NCBI GenBank assembly: GCA_963675595.2
Contig: CAXXLZ010000002.1
Coordinates: 4,160,001-4,224,000, forward strand
Source: Thermodesulfobacteriota bacterium
Lineage (GTDB): Bacteria > Desulfobacterota > Desulfarculia > JACQYL01
Direction: 5' to 3'
Length of the DNA stretch: 64,000 nt
Shown: positions 40,340-50,249 of the stretch, piece by piece
Layout: the number at the start of each line of letters is the position of its first letter
Numbering within the stretch: the stretch's first letter is position 1
The notes under the pieces: model-generated
Seen by the model: only the letters and a program-made list of their open reading frames with translations
The model's database searches: none
Told to the model about the DNA's origin: nothing
Translations under genes and position numbers: made by a program

Positions 40340-40740
40340 GACCGATCGAGAACAACGAAGCGCCGTAGTAGCCGTTATTTGAAAACGAGCTGGTAGGTAG
40401 GTGGGGGGAACCCCTTCCAACGCGTATTTGGGCGTAGTGTGAAGAGAGCCTGTGAACGAGGAAGACGCCCACTCTGAATAAAAAAGAAAGATTCCGCTAC
40501 AGCGGCTTGAGTATGGTGCATTGGGCCTACTACTGAGGTATCCATTCTGACCTGCGTCGGGCCTCTTATCAAGGAGCAACAAGCCCCACACCGGAACAGG
40601 TTCTCCGTTTCGGACGCACAAAGCACGAAGAGGTACTACGCGTCGGTGCCCTCCTCCTAATCAGACGTCGAAGCAGGTGATACGGAGGAGACAATCACTC
40701 AGAGTGTTGCCCGATAGCATACTACGAGGGCTAATACCGC
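40340..40740 (+). ncRNA. Candidate structured antitoxin RNA (AvcI-like); boundaries uncertain
   Basis: No convincing ORF; series of hairpins directly 5' of an AvcD-like gene. Confidence 0.45.
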
Positions 40741-40769
40741 AGGATTATTATACAATATAATATGGGAAT

Positions 40770-42545
40770 GTGCTTGTGAAAAATGCTTTAAATCAAATCT
40801 ATTCGCAGAGAGAAGAATTCATCGTTCTCGGATTGGTCGGGAGAACAGGTAGTGGATGCTCAACGGCTGCAAATATCCTATCGAAAGATGTAGATAGCCT
40901 CAGCGTAATGGAGCCATGCCTTGAAGGAAGGCCTTCAAATGAGGATAGAAAAAAGCGAATCATATGCAAATTTGCATCTAAACATTGGAAGCCATTTTTT
41001 TTTATTAGAGTGAGAGATATTATAACGTCATTTATACTAGATTGTACTCATGATGAGATGGATTATTTTATGAAGGAAAATGGAATAGCGCGCGGGATTG
41101 AGCCATTAATGGATGAGTATAAGAATTACTTCGACAAGAACAAATGCCTAGATATAATAAAGACAGATAGTATAAATACTTTAGATGATGTTCAGCTCGA
41201 AAGCTATTTGGATGAAGTATGCGACTATATAATATCCAGGCTCCCCATATTCACAGAACGACTTAAGAAGCTTGTAGATTCATATAATGCTAATAGCTTC
41301 ATAGCTATATATCAAAAAATCGGTGATAATATAAGAAAGCATGGTATTGCCATTCAGAAAGATGACGTAAATGTTGAGCATATTTATGAAATAGCAAAAT
41401 TTATTGATTCAATCATAAGTGCCCTCAGAAAGATGAGCAAGAACTTGAGGGATAAATATAAATTGCCAAGAGACTATTTCGTTATAGATGCCTTTAGGAA
41501 TCCATTTGAGGCCCTCTATTTCAAAGAGAAATACTCGGCATTCTACTTGATTGCCATCAATGCCCCTGACGACGACCGAGTTAACAGATTGGGTGAGGGG
41601 CTCGATCTTTCGCCATCAATAATTAACAAGTTAGATGACAAAGAGTATCCGAAGAACAGTCCGTTGAGCGATTATTCAAGCTTTATATCTCAGAACATAT
41701 CTGCTTGCATTCAGTTTGCGGACATACATGTGCATAATTCAGGAAATTATAGAAATAGAGACTTTAATTTGCTTAAATATCAGTTAGTTAAATTTGTCTG
41801 TTTGATCCAACATCCTGGATTAGTGACTCCATCGAGGGAGGAAAAATTGATGCAAGTAGCCTACACAGCAAAGCTTAATTCCGGGTGTTTATCCAGGCAG
41901 GTAGGAGCTGTCGTTACAAATAGTGATATGGCTATAAAGGCGATAGGTTGGAATAGCAGCCCCGACGATCAGGTTCCCTGCCTGCTTAGAAACATTGATA
42001 TGCTATTATCCAATAATGATCAGGAAGCTTACAGTCACTATGAGCATACCAATATAGAATTTAGAAAAGTTGCATATGCGTATAAAGAAAAATTGCCAAA
42101 TGAGGAAATAATAGATGGTTTGAATGCAAGTTATTGCTTTAAAGATTTACAAAACGATATGGATGGCAAGAAGAACCAAGTACATAATCGAGCCCTACAT
42201 GCTGAAGAGAATGCTTTTCTGCAAATTGCAAAGTATGGAGGAGAAGGCGTTATTGATGGATATCTATTTACGACTGCGTCTCCATGTGAATCTTGCTCTA
42301 GAAAAGCATATCAGATTGGCATATCCTGCATTGTATATATAGATCCATATCCAGGTATTGCCATTGATCATAGCATTAGAAGCGGATCAAGAAATCTTGA
42401 AGTCAGACTGTTCAGTGGGGCAATAGGGAGAGCTTATCACCAACTATATACGCCCATTGTTCAAATCAAGGATGAACTAGAAGCTCTAATCGACAAAAAG
42501 GCGTCACCGGCAGGACTCGAAAATCTGATCAACGGTGGTGGATGA
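40770..42545 (+). CDS. avcD: Anti-phage dCTP/dCMP deaminase, AvcD-type (P-loop kinase + Zn deaminase)
   Basis: P-loop GLVGRTGSGCST; IDAFRNPFE; SGCLSRQVGAVV, HAEENA and PCESC Zn-deaminase motifs; markedly AT-rich versus flanks. Confidence 0.88.
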   Translation: MLVKNALNQIYSQREEFIVLGLVGRTGSGCSTAANILSKDVDSLSVMEPCLEGRPSNEDRKKRIICKFASKHWKPFFFIRVRDIITSFILDCTHDEMDYFMKENGIARGIEPLMDEYKNYFDKNKCLDIIKTDSINTLDDVQLESYLDEVCDYIISRLPIFTERLKKLVDSYNANSFIAIYQKIGDNIRKHGIAIQKDDVNVEHIYEIAKFIDSIISALRKMSKNLRDKYKLPRDYFVIDAFRNPFEALYFKEKYSAFYLIAINAPDDDRVNRLGEGLDLSPSIINKLDDKEYPKNSPLSDYSSFISQNISACIQFADIHVHNSGNYRNRDFNLLKYQLVKFVCLIQHPGLVTPSREEKLMQVAYTAKLNSGCLSRQVGAVVTNSDMAIKAIGWNSSPDDQVPCLLRNIDMLLSNNDQEAYSHYEHTNIEFRKVAYAYKEKLPNEEIIDGLNASYCFKDLQNDMDGKKNQVHNRALHAEENAFLQIAKYGGEGVIDGYLFTTASPCESCSRKAYQIGISCIVYIDPYPGIAIDHSIRSGSRNLEVRLFSGAIGRAYHQLYTPIVQIKDELEALIDKKASPAGLENLINGGG

Positions 42546-43176
42546 AATTCCCACAGTTCTTCTCCAACCCCTGTTATGGGGGCAGGGGGGGCGACAAGAG
42601 TCTGGCATCCGGTTCGGGGTTAGTCCTCATTCACAGTTTAGGATAATATTTTAACTAGATAAAAGGACAACCATTGCCTAGAACAGCCGCACGAATGGGG
42701 TATGCAGACAAATATTCCAACAGGTCTTGGCGAGATTGGCAGCCCTCTCGTCCTACTCAATCAAATATCAGCCTGAGGATACGAGCGCTCTGCTTGTCGG
42801 CGCTGGCCAGCCGTCATTAGATTGGCTGTGCTTCGCAGCGCTTGGTGGTTGTAGGCGTTCACGGGCTATTCGGCGTCAGGGGTTCTCTCCGCACACGTCC
42901 CCGCATCCCCAATTAATGGAGTTTTGGACGAAAGCGTTATGCCTTGGCTGCCCGAATTGGCTTCGTCCCGCCAGGGACCGAGCCCGCATCAGGGGGGGCC
43001 AGGGGAACGGAATTCCCCCGGCGAACAAATTCGGAAGATCTCTCCGCCGTGAACAGCAACCGGTGGTTTATATGTGAAACATTTTCATCGCGTGTTTACG
43101 CCGGGAAAACGCTGGCTGCCTGCCCGGTGCTGTCGTGGAGAGACGATGCATAACGGTCCCGGACGGAGCATCTTCT

Positions 43177-43758
43177 TCATCCTCTCCGAGCGACGCGTCT
43201 CGTCTTCTTGAGATAGGTATGCGCCAGTTCGTCCATCAAGAGATGGAAGGCTTCGTGTCGACCGGGTCCGATCTTGTTCTCTTCGATCCTACGAAACGCC
43301 TCCGTGATCTCCTGTCTTTGTCGCGGGTCGAGCTTTCTTTCCGCAACGGGGAAGAAAATGCGATTCTCCTGACCGATGTGGTGCAGCATGAGCACCAGGA
43401 ATTCACCCGCGGGATCGGTCAACGCCGTGGAAGGGGAAGCGGGATTCGATTTCAATTCTTTCAGAGCCGTGCTCATCATCCGCACCAGAGTTCGCGCGGT
43501 GCGATGCTCCGCCAGCAGAAGCTCGATGATGTCCTCTTCCTCGGAAAGACCCGTTGAGCGAACCGCCGGGAACAGAACCGCTTCTTCCTTTCCGTGATGA
43601 CATGCGTCCACGAAAATCGTGTAGAACTCCAGTATCCGCCGCAGATGCGCTACGGGTGCCGGCGTGCCCTTGGAAACGGAGCGGCTTATGGATTCGTGAA
43701 TCTGGAGCATTTTCAGGATGACTTCATGCTCCGCCATCAAGTCCCGAATCGGATCCAA
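43177..43758 (-). CDS. Hemerythrin-like (HHE) domain protein
   Basis: LMAEH, HHGKEEAVLFP, LLAEH, HIGQENRIFFP; GGAGG RBS before TTG. Confidence 0.88.
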   Translation of the reverse strand: MDPIRDLMAEHEVILKMLQIHESISRSVSKGTPAPVAHLRRILEFYTIFVDACHHGKEEAVLFPAVRSTGLSEEEDIIELLLAEHRTARTLVRMMSTALKELKSNPASPSTALTDPAGEFLVLMLHHIGQENRIFFPVAERKLDPRQRQEITEAFRRIEENKIGPGRHEAFHLLMDELAHTYLKKTRRVARRG

Positions 43759-43854
43759 AGCTCGCCACCTCCTTCCGGTCCGGCGCAATTCGACTTACGC
43801 GGAATGCGGTGCGCGGTCATTTCGTTTTCCCGCCTCAAACGTGCCTGCCTTTCG

Positions 43855-43896
43855 TTCGTCTGAAAGACACGACCATTCGTCTGAAAGACACGACAA
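43855..43896. repeat. 21-bp direct tandem repeat x2
   Basis: TTCGTCTGAAAGACACGAC(C/A)A twice, upstream of the hemerythrin gene. Confidence 0.85.
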
Positions 43897-43966
43897 TATT
43901 GTAAACCCGGAGGGAAAAATCGCAAGCAGTGTCCACCACATGCTCTTCGCGGGTTTGTTTTCCGGG

Positions 43967-45356
43967 TTATCGTTTGCCGATCCCCGCTCCCGATCGGAAA
44001 AACAGGAACGCCACCCAGCCCAAGAGGATGGTCGCCAAGCCGGCCAAGCAGGACACCGGACTACCGCCCAAACTGAAGACGACAATCCAAAGGTTCCCCG
44101 CGATGAAGGCCAAGGGTACCCAGGGGTAGCCCGGGGTAAGATAGGGGCGCGGCGCATCGGGTCTGGTCTTCCGCAGTTTCATGAGCCCCAATACCGTGGC
44201 GGTGGAACACAGGGACAAGGTGAAGCCGATATAGATGAGCAACGCTTCGAAGGACGCGGTCAAGGCCATGAGGACCGCCAGGACGGCCTGGAGCGTAACC
44301 GCCCTCCCTGGAGGCGCCGTGCCTCCCGTCCACCGTGCCCAAGCCTCGAAAGAAAAGCCCGTCCCGGGCCATGGCGAAATAGACCCTGGGACCCGTCATG
44401 ATCATGGCTCCCACTGCGGAAACCAGGCTGAGGGCCACGGCGGCGTTGAACGCTCGAGCCGCGTCCGGACCGAACAGCGCCTTGGACGTTTCGGCCGCCA
44501 CCTCCAACACACCGCTCATCTTCTCAGGAGACAGGACCATCACATACAGCAGGTTCAGGAGCAGATAGAGGAGCATCACCACGGCGGTGCCGAGGAGCAG
44601 CGAGCGAGGGATGTTCGTTCCCGGTTCCCTGATCTCTGCGCCCAGGTAGGCGGCCGAATTCCAGCCGCTGTAGGCGAAGGATACGATGACCAGGGATACC
44701 GCCGTCTCCTTGCCGAACAAAGAGGCCGGCGAGTTGGAGGCGCTCACGGGTTTCCCGTATGAGTGAATACACAGGAAGCCGCCCATCACCAAAGCCAGGA
44801 TTAGAAGGATTTTGAGCACGGTGAGAGCATTGAGTACATTGCTTCCCATCCGCACACTGCCCGCGTGGAGCCCCGAGAAAAGCAGAATCAGGGCCGAGGC
44901 CGACAAGGTGACCGGGTTGATCTGAAGGAAGGCCACATCTCCGAATCGGGCCGTCCAAAAGGGCAGGGAAGGCTGAGGCAGTACCTGGAAGACGTAGCCG
45001 GCAAAGGCGATGGCTGAGGCGGCGATGGGGGCGGAGAATCCCACAATGAGGGATATCCAACCCGAGAGAAACGAAGGAAGGGCGCCGAAACTTTCTCGGA
45101 GAAAAACGTATTCGCCGCCCGCTTTCGGGAACAGGGCTCCCAGTTTTCCGTAACACAGCGCTCCGGACAGGGCGAACAAACCTCCCAAGAACCAGCACAG
45201 CAGAAGAGACGTGGGGCTTCCGACCTGTTCCATGACGAAACCGGAAGTGGTGAAGGCTCCCGTTCCCACCATGTTGGCCACCACCACCGCCGTGGCGGAG
45301 AAAAGCCCCAGTTGCCGTTTCAGGCCGGAGGAAGCGATGTTGCAGGCCGTGGTCAT
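43967..45356 (-). pseudogene. APC-family amino acid permease with frameshift near 44312
   Basis: NMVGTG, AGGEY, AYSGWN..AEIREP, MTGPRVYFAMARDG in one frame; last TM helices and RPY.TPGYP continue in another frame. Confidence 0.8.
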
Positions 45357-45772
45357 GGGCGGACATCCTCGCAAAGAATTCCAGGAGGTACGCAGGATTT
45401 TCGGATGTTGTCCCTATTGACCCTTTCCGTTCCTTGAAGTAAAAATATCCGTATCGGCTTTCGCTCCTCTTTCCATTTCCATCTGCACGTTCCTCCGATT
45501 CCCGCAGCTTCCGGATTCTGGAGCTCCTGCCCGGGAAAGACCGGTGTCACGCGAGGAGCGCTTCTCTTTCTGAATTTCAGACGACCGACTTTGGTATCCG
45601 TGCCCTTTTCGTGGGCTTATGGAGCCTTGCCCATGTTTCCGTTGGATTTTCCAACGGAACGTTGCAGGTCGGCATGAGTCAAGGGAAGGCAAGTCGTCGC
45701 GTGGTCGTTCGGCCGCAGGAGATATGGATCGCCTGCGCCTCCTTCTTCCAACCCGGCTCCAGGAGGTGACGT

Positions 45773-48700
45773 ATGCAAGCAGCACCCATACTCACAATTC
45801 GATCAGGGCGACCTCGATTCCCGTTTTCTTGCCGACACGGACGGGCCGAGCCGGCGAAGCGTACACACGCCGATTCCGTTGTCCTTCTAATGCTGTTTTC
45901 TTTGATGCTTGCGTGTGTTTTGCCGATGAGGGCCTTCGCCTCGTCTCCGACGATCAACTTCGAGGAAGCCGTTCCTCAACCCGACACCGTCACCAGCCAA
46001 TACTGCAATAGCGCCGCCACGAGCCTGGGTGTCGAGTTTTTATCAGGCGGAGGGCGCATCTATTCGCCTTCCGTGGCCGTGGCGAGCGGCACTCACGCGT
46101 TGACCAATCATTTTCCAGGTTCCGAGTTCGGTGAATACCTGAAGCTCGATATCGGTTTCACGACCGGCCAGTCCGTGGTGAGCGTCAAGGTCGGCCTGGA
46201 CAAGGCCCATTCGTTTGCCGTTACGGCAACCATTTCAGCGTACAGCGACTCGACTCCGGGAACCGGTTTCATCGATTACGGCACCGCATACCTCGGCACC
46301 GGTCCCACGGCCGTAACCACCCCCCTTTCCGTGAGTTCCTCCACCGCGAATATTCGAAGCGTCCGAATCGAGTTCACCGGGGCTTCTCCGGGACAGGCGG
46401 CTCATGAACTCATCGACGACCTTACTTTCAGCACCGCGGGTCCGGCATGTATCGAGGATGACAACCCGCCCTCCGTGCAAATCAGTCAACCGGATTCCGA
46501 CGGGAAGACCGTGCATGTTCCTGAAATTACTCTGGCCTTTTCTGCGACGGACAATGAAACCGGCGTGGCCAAAATTCAGGTTCGCTTTTTGGACTCCACG
46601 TCGGCGGAGGTGGGGGCATTCTATGTTTGCGGCGGCCCGGGAGTCCCGCCGTGTGCTTACGAAGTGGTTCCCACCAAAGCGAGTTATAATTTCTACACCT
46701 ACCTTTTGGAGGATACCGCGGCCATCCAGGTGAAGGCCTGGGACTTCGCCGACCACAGCGCATCGGCTCAGCGAGCCCTCACTTATGCGCCCCCGGGCCC
46801 GAATTTCAACTTGTGGGCCATGGGCATGGAAATCACCCAGGCCATACAGCCGTGGGTCGCCGCGTCGTCCGCCACCAGGAGCTCGACCATTCCATCCCAA
46901 ACCCTGAGCAGCGAATCGGTAAATTTGGTGGCGGGCAAGCGCACCGTGGTCCGACTCTATCCCGGCGTTGAGGGGACCACCGTTCAGGTACAGGGCGTGC
47001 AGGGCACATTGGCCTGTACCGATGCTTCCGGTATTCCCTGCCCCGGAAAGGGATCGATACAGTCCCAGAATTCGGTGACCGTAGACCCTTTGAACAACAA
47101 CCAACAAGAAAACCTGCGGCATGACCCGGCCAAGACCTTGAACTTCGTTCTTCCCCAAACATGGACCGAGTGGGATCGACCGGTAACGTTGACCGCAACG
47201 ATCTCACCGCCCGCAGGCGTGTCTGAATGCGCAGGCTGCAACGACGGCGCCGACAGTCTCAGGGTGAGCGGGATCGATTTCCAGGAAACCGCTCCCTTGA
47301 ATCTCCACTTGGTCTGGGCCTGTGTTCGCAGGAACGCGTCGGACTTGACGACCGCTTGCGACCATGCCCCGTTCGACGTCTACCAGGATGTGTTTCTCGA
47401 CTCGACGTCGCGTTTTGTAAAAGTCTACCCCTTGGCGCTCAAAGACATCCGGGTAACCATCCACTCGCCCCAGTGGCTGCCTTTCGACGGAGATTTCAAT
47501 CACCCACAGGGGGCCATGACCAGCGGCAGAATGTATGCCTACCATGATTTCATCGGGAATCTGGTGAGCAGCGACACGGGTACGGCAGCGGGAAGCAATC
47601 CCATCAACCTGGTCTATTTCGGTATTGTACCCGTTCCCGTTACGGCGATCCTGGGCCTTGGATCAAGAAACGTGGTCGTGGGCAAACTGGACTCGGCAAG
47701 CGTTTTTGGAGACGACCTTGCCATCGCGGCTCACGAAGTGGGTCACGCTTTGGGAAGACCTCATGCAAGCTGTGACCACGGCGAGGGAGGGTGCGAGTCC
47801 GCACCCGACGTGTTCCCCTGCACTCACGGAGGCATCTGCACCTACGGATTCGATACCTATACGCTGCAGGTCATTGACCCCGGGAATCCGCCCGCAGCGG
47901 GGCACGCCCACGATCTTATGTCCTATGGTCCCGAACCTCTATGGATATCGCCCTACACCTACGATCATCTATTCACGGCTCTTCACGGCGCTTTAGGCTC
48001 TTCGTCTCTGTCGAAGTCCGATGAAATCGGCCCGGTCGCGGAGGGGGACCGGCTGTACATAAACGGTACCATCTCACGATCGACATCGGAGGTCTCCGCC
48101 GAGTTGTCCCCATTCTATCATCTGCCGTGGGGGACGGCGCGGACGGATGCGGGTGAGGGAGACTTCACCGTGGAGCTGTTGAATTCCGAGGACGGAGTGC
48201 TGGGCGAATACGCTTTTGAGCCTGAAACCGTGGCCGTGGACCCGCCGGATCCTGAAACGAATCCGACCGAACCCTTCCACTTGGTGGTCCCCTTTCCCGA
48301 AGCTCTGGCCCGCGTCGTAATCAAGTACAGGGGAACCCAAATTGCTGAAAGGGTTCGTTCCCCCTATCCACCGGCAATCACTTCCCTTTCCGTCGCCGAG
48401 AGTGAAGTCTGGTCCGGGGACGAATTGAGAAACGTTACCTGGGAAAGCCAAGACCCGGACGCCGGTACCTCCTTGTCTTATCAACTTCTTTATGCGACGG
48501 ACGGCGGGACCCAATGGAGGACATTGGTTTCCGATTGGAATGAGAACAGCTTTGATATCGACGTATGGACTTTGCCCGGCAGTGATACGGCCGTTCTGCA
48601 GGTGATCGCCACGGACGGCATCAACACGGTCAGGCTGCTTTCTCCGAGCTTCGTAGTCGAGAAGAAACCTCCCATGGTGCGAATCGTGGGTCCGAGAACG

Positions 48701-49846
48701 GAAGAGGGCGTTCCCACGTATTTGGAGGGGCAAACCGTGGTGTTGGAGGCCTCCGCCACGGACCTGGAAGACGGACCTTTGTCGGGCGAGACGTTTTCCT
48801 GGCAATCGGATATCCAGGGTTCCCTCGGATCGGGGAACCGGGTGGACGTGGATTCCCTTTCGCCGGGTTTGCACGAGATTTTGGTAGAGGCCGTGGATGG
48901 GGACGACCAAGCGGGATACGACACGGTCGATGTATTGATCATGGAAAGGCAAAATCGGCAGCCCGTCGCGGTGGCCGGCCCCGATCGTTTGGCCGGCATC
49001 GGCATGACGGTGGTACTGAACGGGTCGGCTTCCTATGATCCCGACGGTGATGCACTCAGTTACCTGTGGACCATCGTGGATGAGCCTTCCGGAGCGAATC
49101 CGGAACTGGCCGACGCCTCCACGTCCCAAGCCGGCTTCACCGCGGACGTGGAAGGTTCTTACGTTCTCAGCCTGACGGTGCATGACGGGCACTTGGGCGG
49201 TCTCGCCGATACGGTGACGGTGGAAGTCGTTTCGGAGGTTCCTTCCCCTCCGGATGGAGTGTGGAAAGATGTAGCCGTAGGCCGCGTCTCTCCCACGATG
49301 AACTTCTACGTGCAGACTTACGACACCGGTTCCATGGTCATCGTGGCCTCACCGGACGGGGAAACCGCCCTTGCTTTCCTGGATCCGGACTACTCCGATG
49401 GTTTCGATGCCGATGATCTGGGAGGTTCCGGAGTTCACCTGTCCGCCTCGTTTGAGACCGCCGATCAGGGGTCGGCGGAATTCTCCGTCCCCGGGCATGC
49501 CACGGTCGAATACGCGATTTACAGGTGGTTCCCCGCCTCCATCGACGATTCCTACTGCGGTATTTGGAAGGACGAGCCCATGGGAGTCGCCGGAGGGATG
49601 AGCTTGTACGTCCAGACTTACGAGGATTCGGCCATTGTCATTATCAGCCCGGATGCGAGGAGTTTTCAGGTGTTTCTCGACCCCGACAAGGCGGACGGTT
49701 TAGACGTTGATTCCATGAGCGGTTCGGCGCACATGGAATGCGACTTCGCAGCCGGCGGCACGACTGAAGGAATGGTGATGGAGAATGGGGAAGAGCGGTT
49801 TCTAGAATTTTTCCAGTGGTTTTCGACGTCCATCGCCGAAAGATAG
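45773..49846 (+). CDS. Large secreted multidomain metzincin-like protease with Ig/PKD domains
   Basis: AGGAGGTG RBS; signal-like segment; HEVGHALGRPH plus HDLMSY Met-turn; PVAVAGPD..LNGSASYDPDGDALSYLW PKD; duplicated C-terminal domain. Confidence 0.85.
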   Translation: MQAAPILTIRSGRPRFPFSCRHGRAEPAKRTHADSVVLLMLFSLMLACVLPMRAFASSPTINFEEAVPQPDTVTSQYCNSAATSLGVEFLSGGGRIYSPSVAVASGTHALTNHFPGSEFGEYLKLDIGFTTGQSVVSVKVGLDKAHSFAVTATISAYSDSTPGTGFIDYGTAYLGTGPTAVTTPLSVSSSTANIRSVRIEFTGASPGQAAHELIDDLTFSTAGPACIEDDNPPSVQISQPDSDGKTVHVPEITLAFSATDNETGVAKIQVRFLDSTSAEVGAFYVCGGPGVPPCAYEVVPTKASYNFYTYLLEDTAAIQVKAWDFADHSASAQRALTYAPPGPNFNLWAMGMEITQAIQPWVAASSATRSSTIPSQTLSSESVNLVAGKRTVVRLYPGVEGTTVQVQGVQGTLACTDASGIPCPGKGSIQSQNSVTVDPLNNNQQENLRHDPAKTLNFVLPQTWTEWDRPVTLTATISPPAGVSECAGCNDGADSLRVSGIDFQETAPLNLHLVWACVRRNASDLTTACDHAPFDVYQDVFLDSTSRFVKVYPLALKDIRVTIHSPQWLPFDGDFNHPQGAMTSGRMYAYHDFIGNLVSSDTGTAAGSNPINLVYFGIVPVPVTAILGLGSRNVVVGKLDSASVFGDDLAIAAHEVGHALGRPHASCDHGEGGCESAPDVFPCTHGGICTYGFDTYTLQVIDPGNPPAAGHAHDLMSYGPEPLWISPYTYDHLFTALHGALGSSSLSKSDEIGPVAEGDRLYINGTISRSTSEVSAELSPFYHLPWGTARTDAGEGDFTVELLNSEDGVLGEYAFEPETVAVDPPDPETNPTEPFHLVVPFPEALARVVIKYRGTQIAERVRSPYPPAITSLSVAESEVWSGDELRNVTWESQDPDAGTSLSYQLLYATDGGTQWRTLVSDWNENSFDIDVWTLPGSDTAVLQVIATDGINTVRLLSPSFVVEKKPPMVRIVGPRTEEGVPTYLEGQTVVLEASATDLEDGPLSGETFSWQSDIQGSLGSGNRVDVDSLSPGLHEILVEAVDGDDQAGYDTVDVLIMERQNRQPVAVAGPDRLAGIGMTVVLNGSASYDPDGDALSYLWTIVDEPSGANPELADASTSQAGFTADVEGSYVLSLTVHDGHLGGLADTVTVEVVSEVPSPPDGVWKDVAVGRVSPTMNFYVQTYDTGSMVIVASPDGETALAFLDPDYSDGFDADDLGGSGVHLSASFETADQGSAEFSVPGHATVEYAIYRWFPASIDDSYCGIWKDEPMGVAGGMSLYVQTYEDSAIVIISPDARSFQVFLDPDKADGLDVDSMSGSAHMECDFAAGGTTEGMVMENGEERFLEFFQWFSTSIAER

Positions 49847-50249
49847 CGTTTAGGGTCCGGTGTTCGCTTCGGTTCGTACGAAATGGATGTGAAGAATCTC
49901 CTCTTCTCACCCGGTTTCACACGGAGTCGAGCACCGAACGGGATGCGTGAAGAGATCGGATGATCCCTCCGGAGACCGCCTCGGCATGGGCGCGGTGAAC
50001 TACGCCCTTGCCGTGCGCGTTTTCTTGGGATCTGTTGGGGCGGTGTGTCCCTGGGCCACATCCTCCCAGAGCCGATGCGGAGCCGCCAATGAGTCGGCGG
50101 AAATGCTTCACGTGCGGACTTCGCCTACATCATTTCCGCTGGAGACGGCGTTGCCGCGCCGGTTCTTCCCCCTTTCCCGGAGGACTCTGCGGGGCGCGGG
50201 CCTTGGATCGGCCGAGACGGGAACCTTCTATTGCCCGAAGGGGGCCGGC

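Noticed and set aside
40340-42720. Integron cassette (attC sites) around avcD
   Set aside because: No properly paired RYYYAAC/GTTRRRY boxes found at either side
42727-43077. 116-aa ORF as a second gene of the defence system
   Set aside because: TTG start without RBS, unconvincing composition, and it crosses the GC boundary
43855-43896. CRISPR array
   Set aside because: Only two abutting units, no spacers, no cas genes
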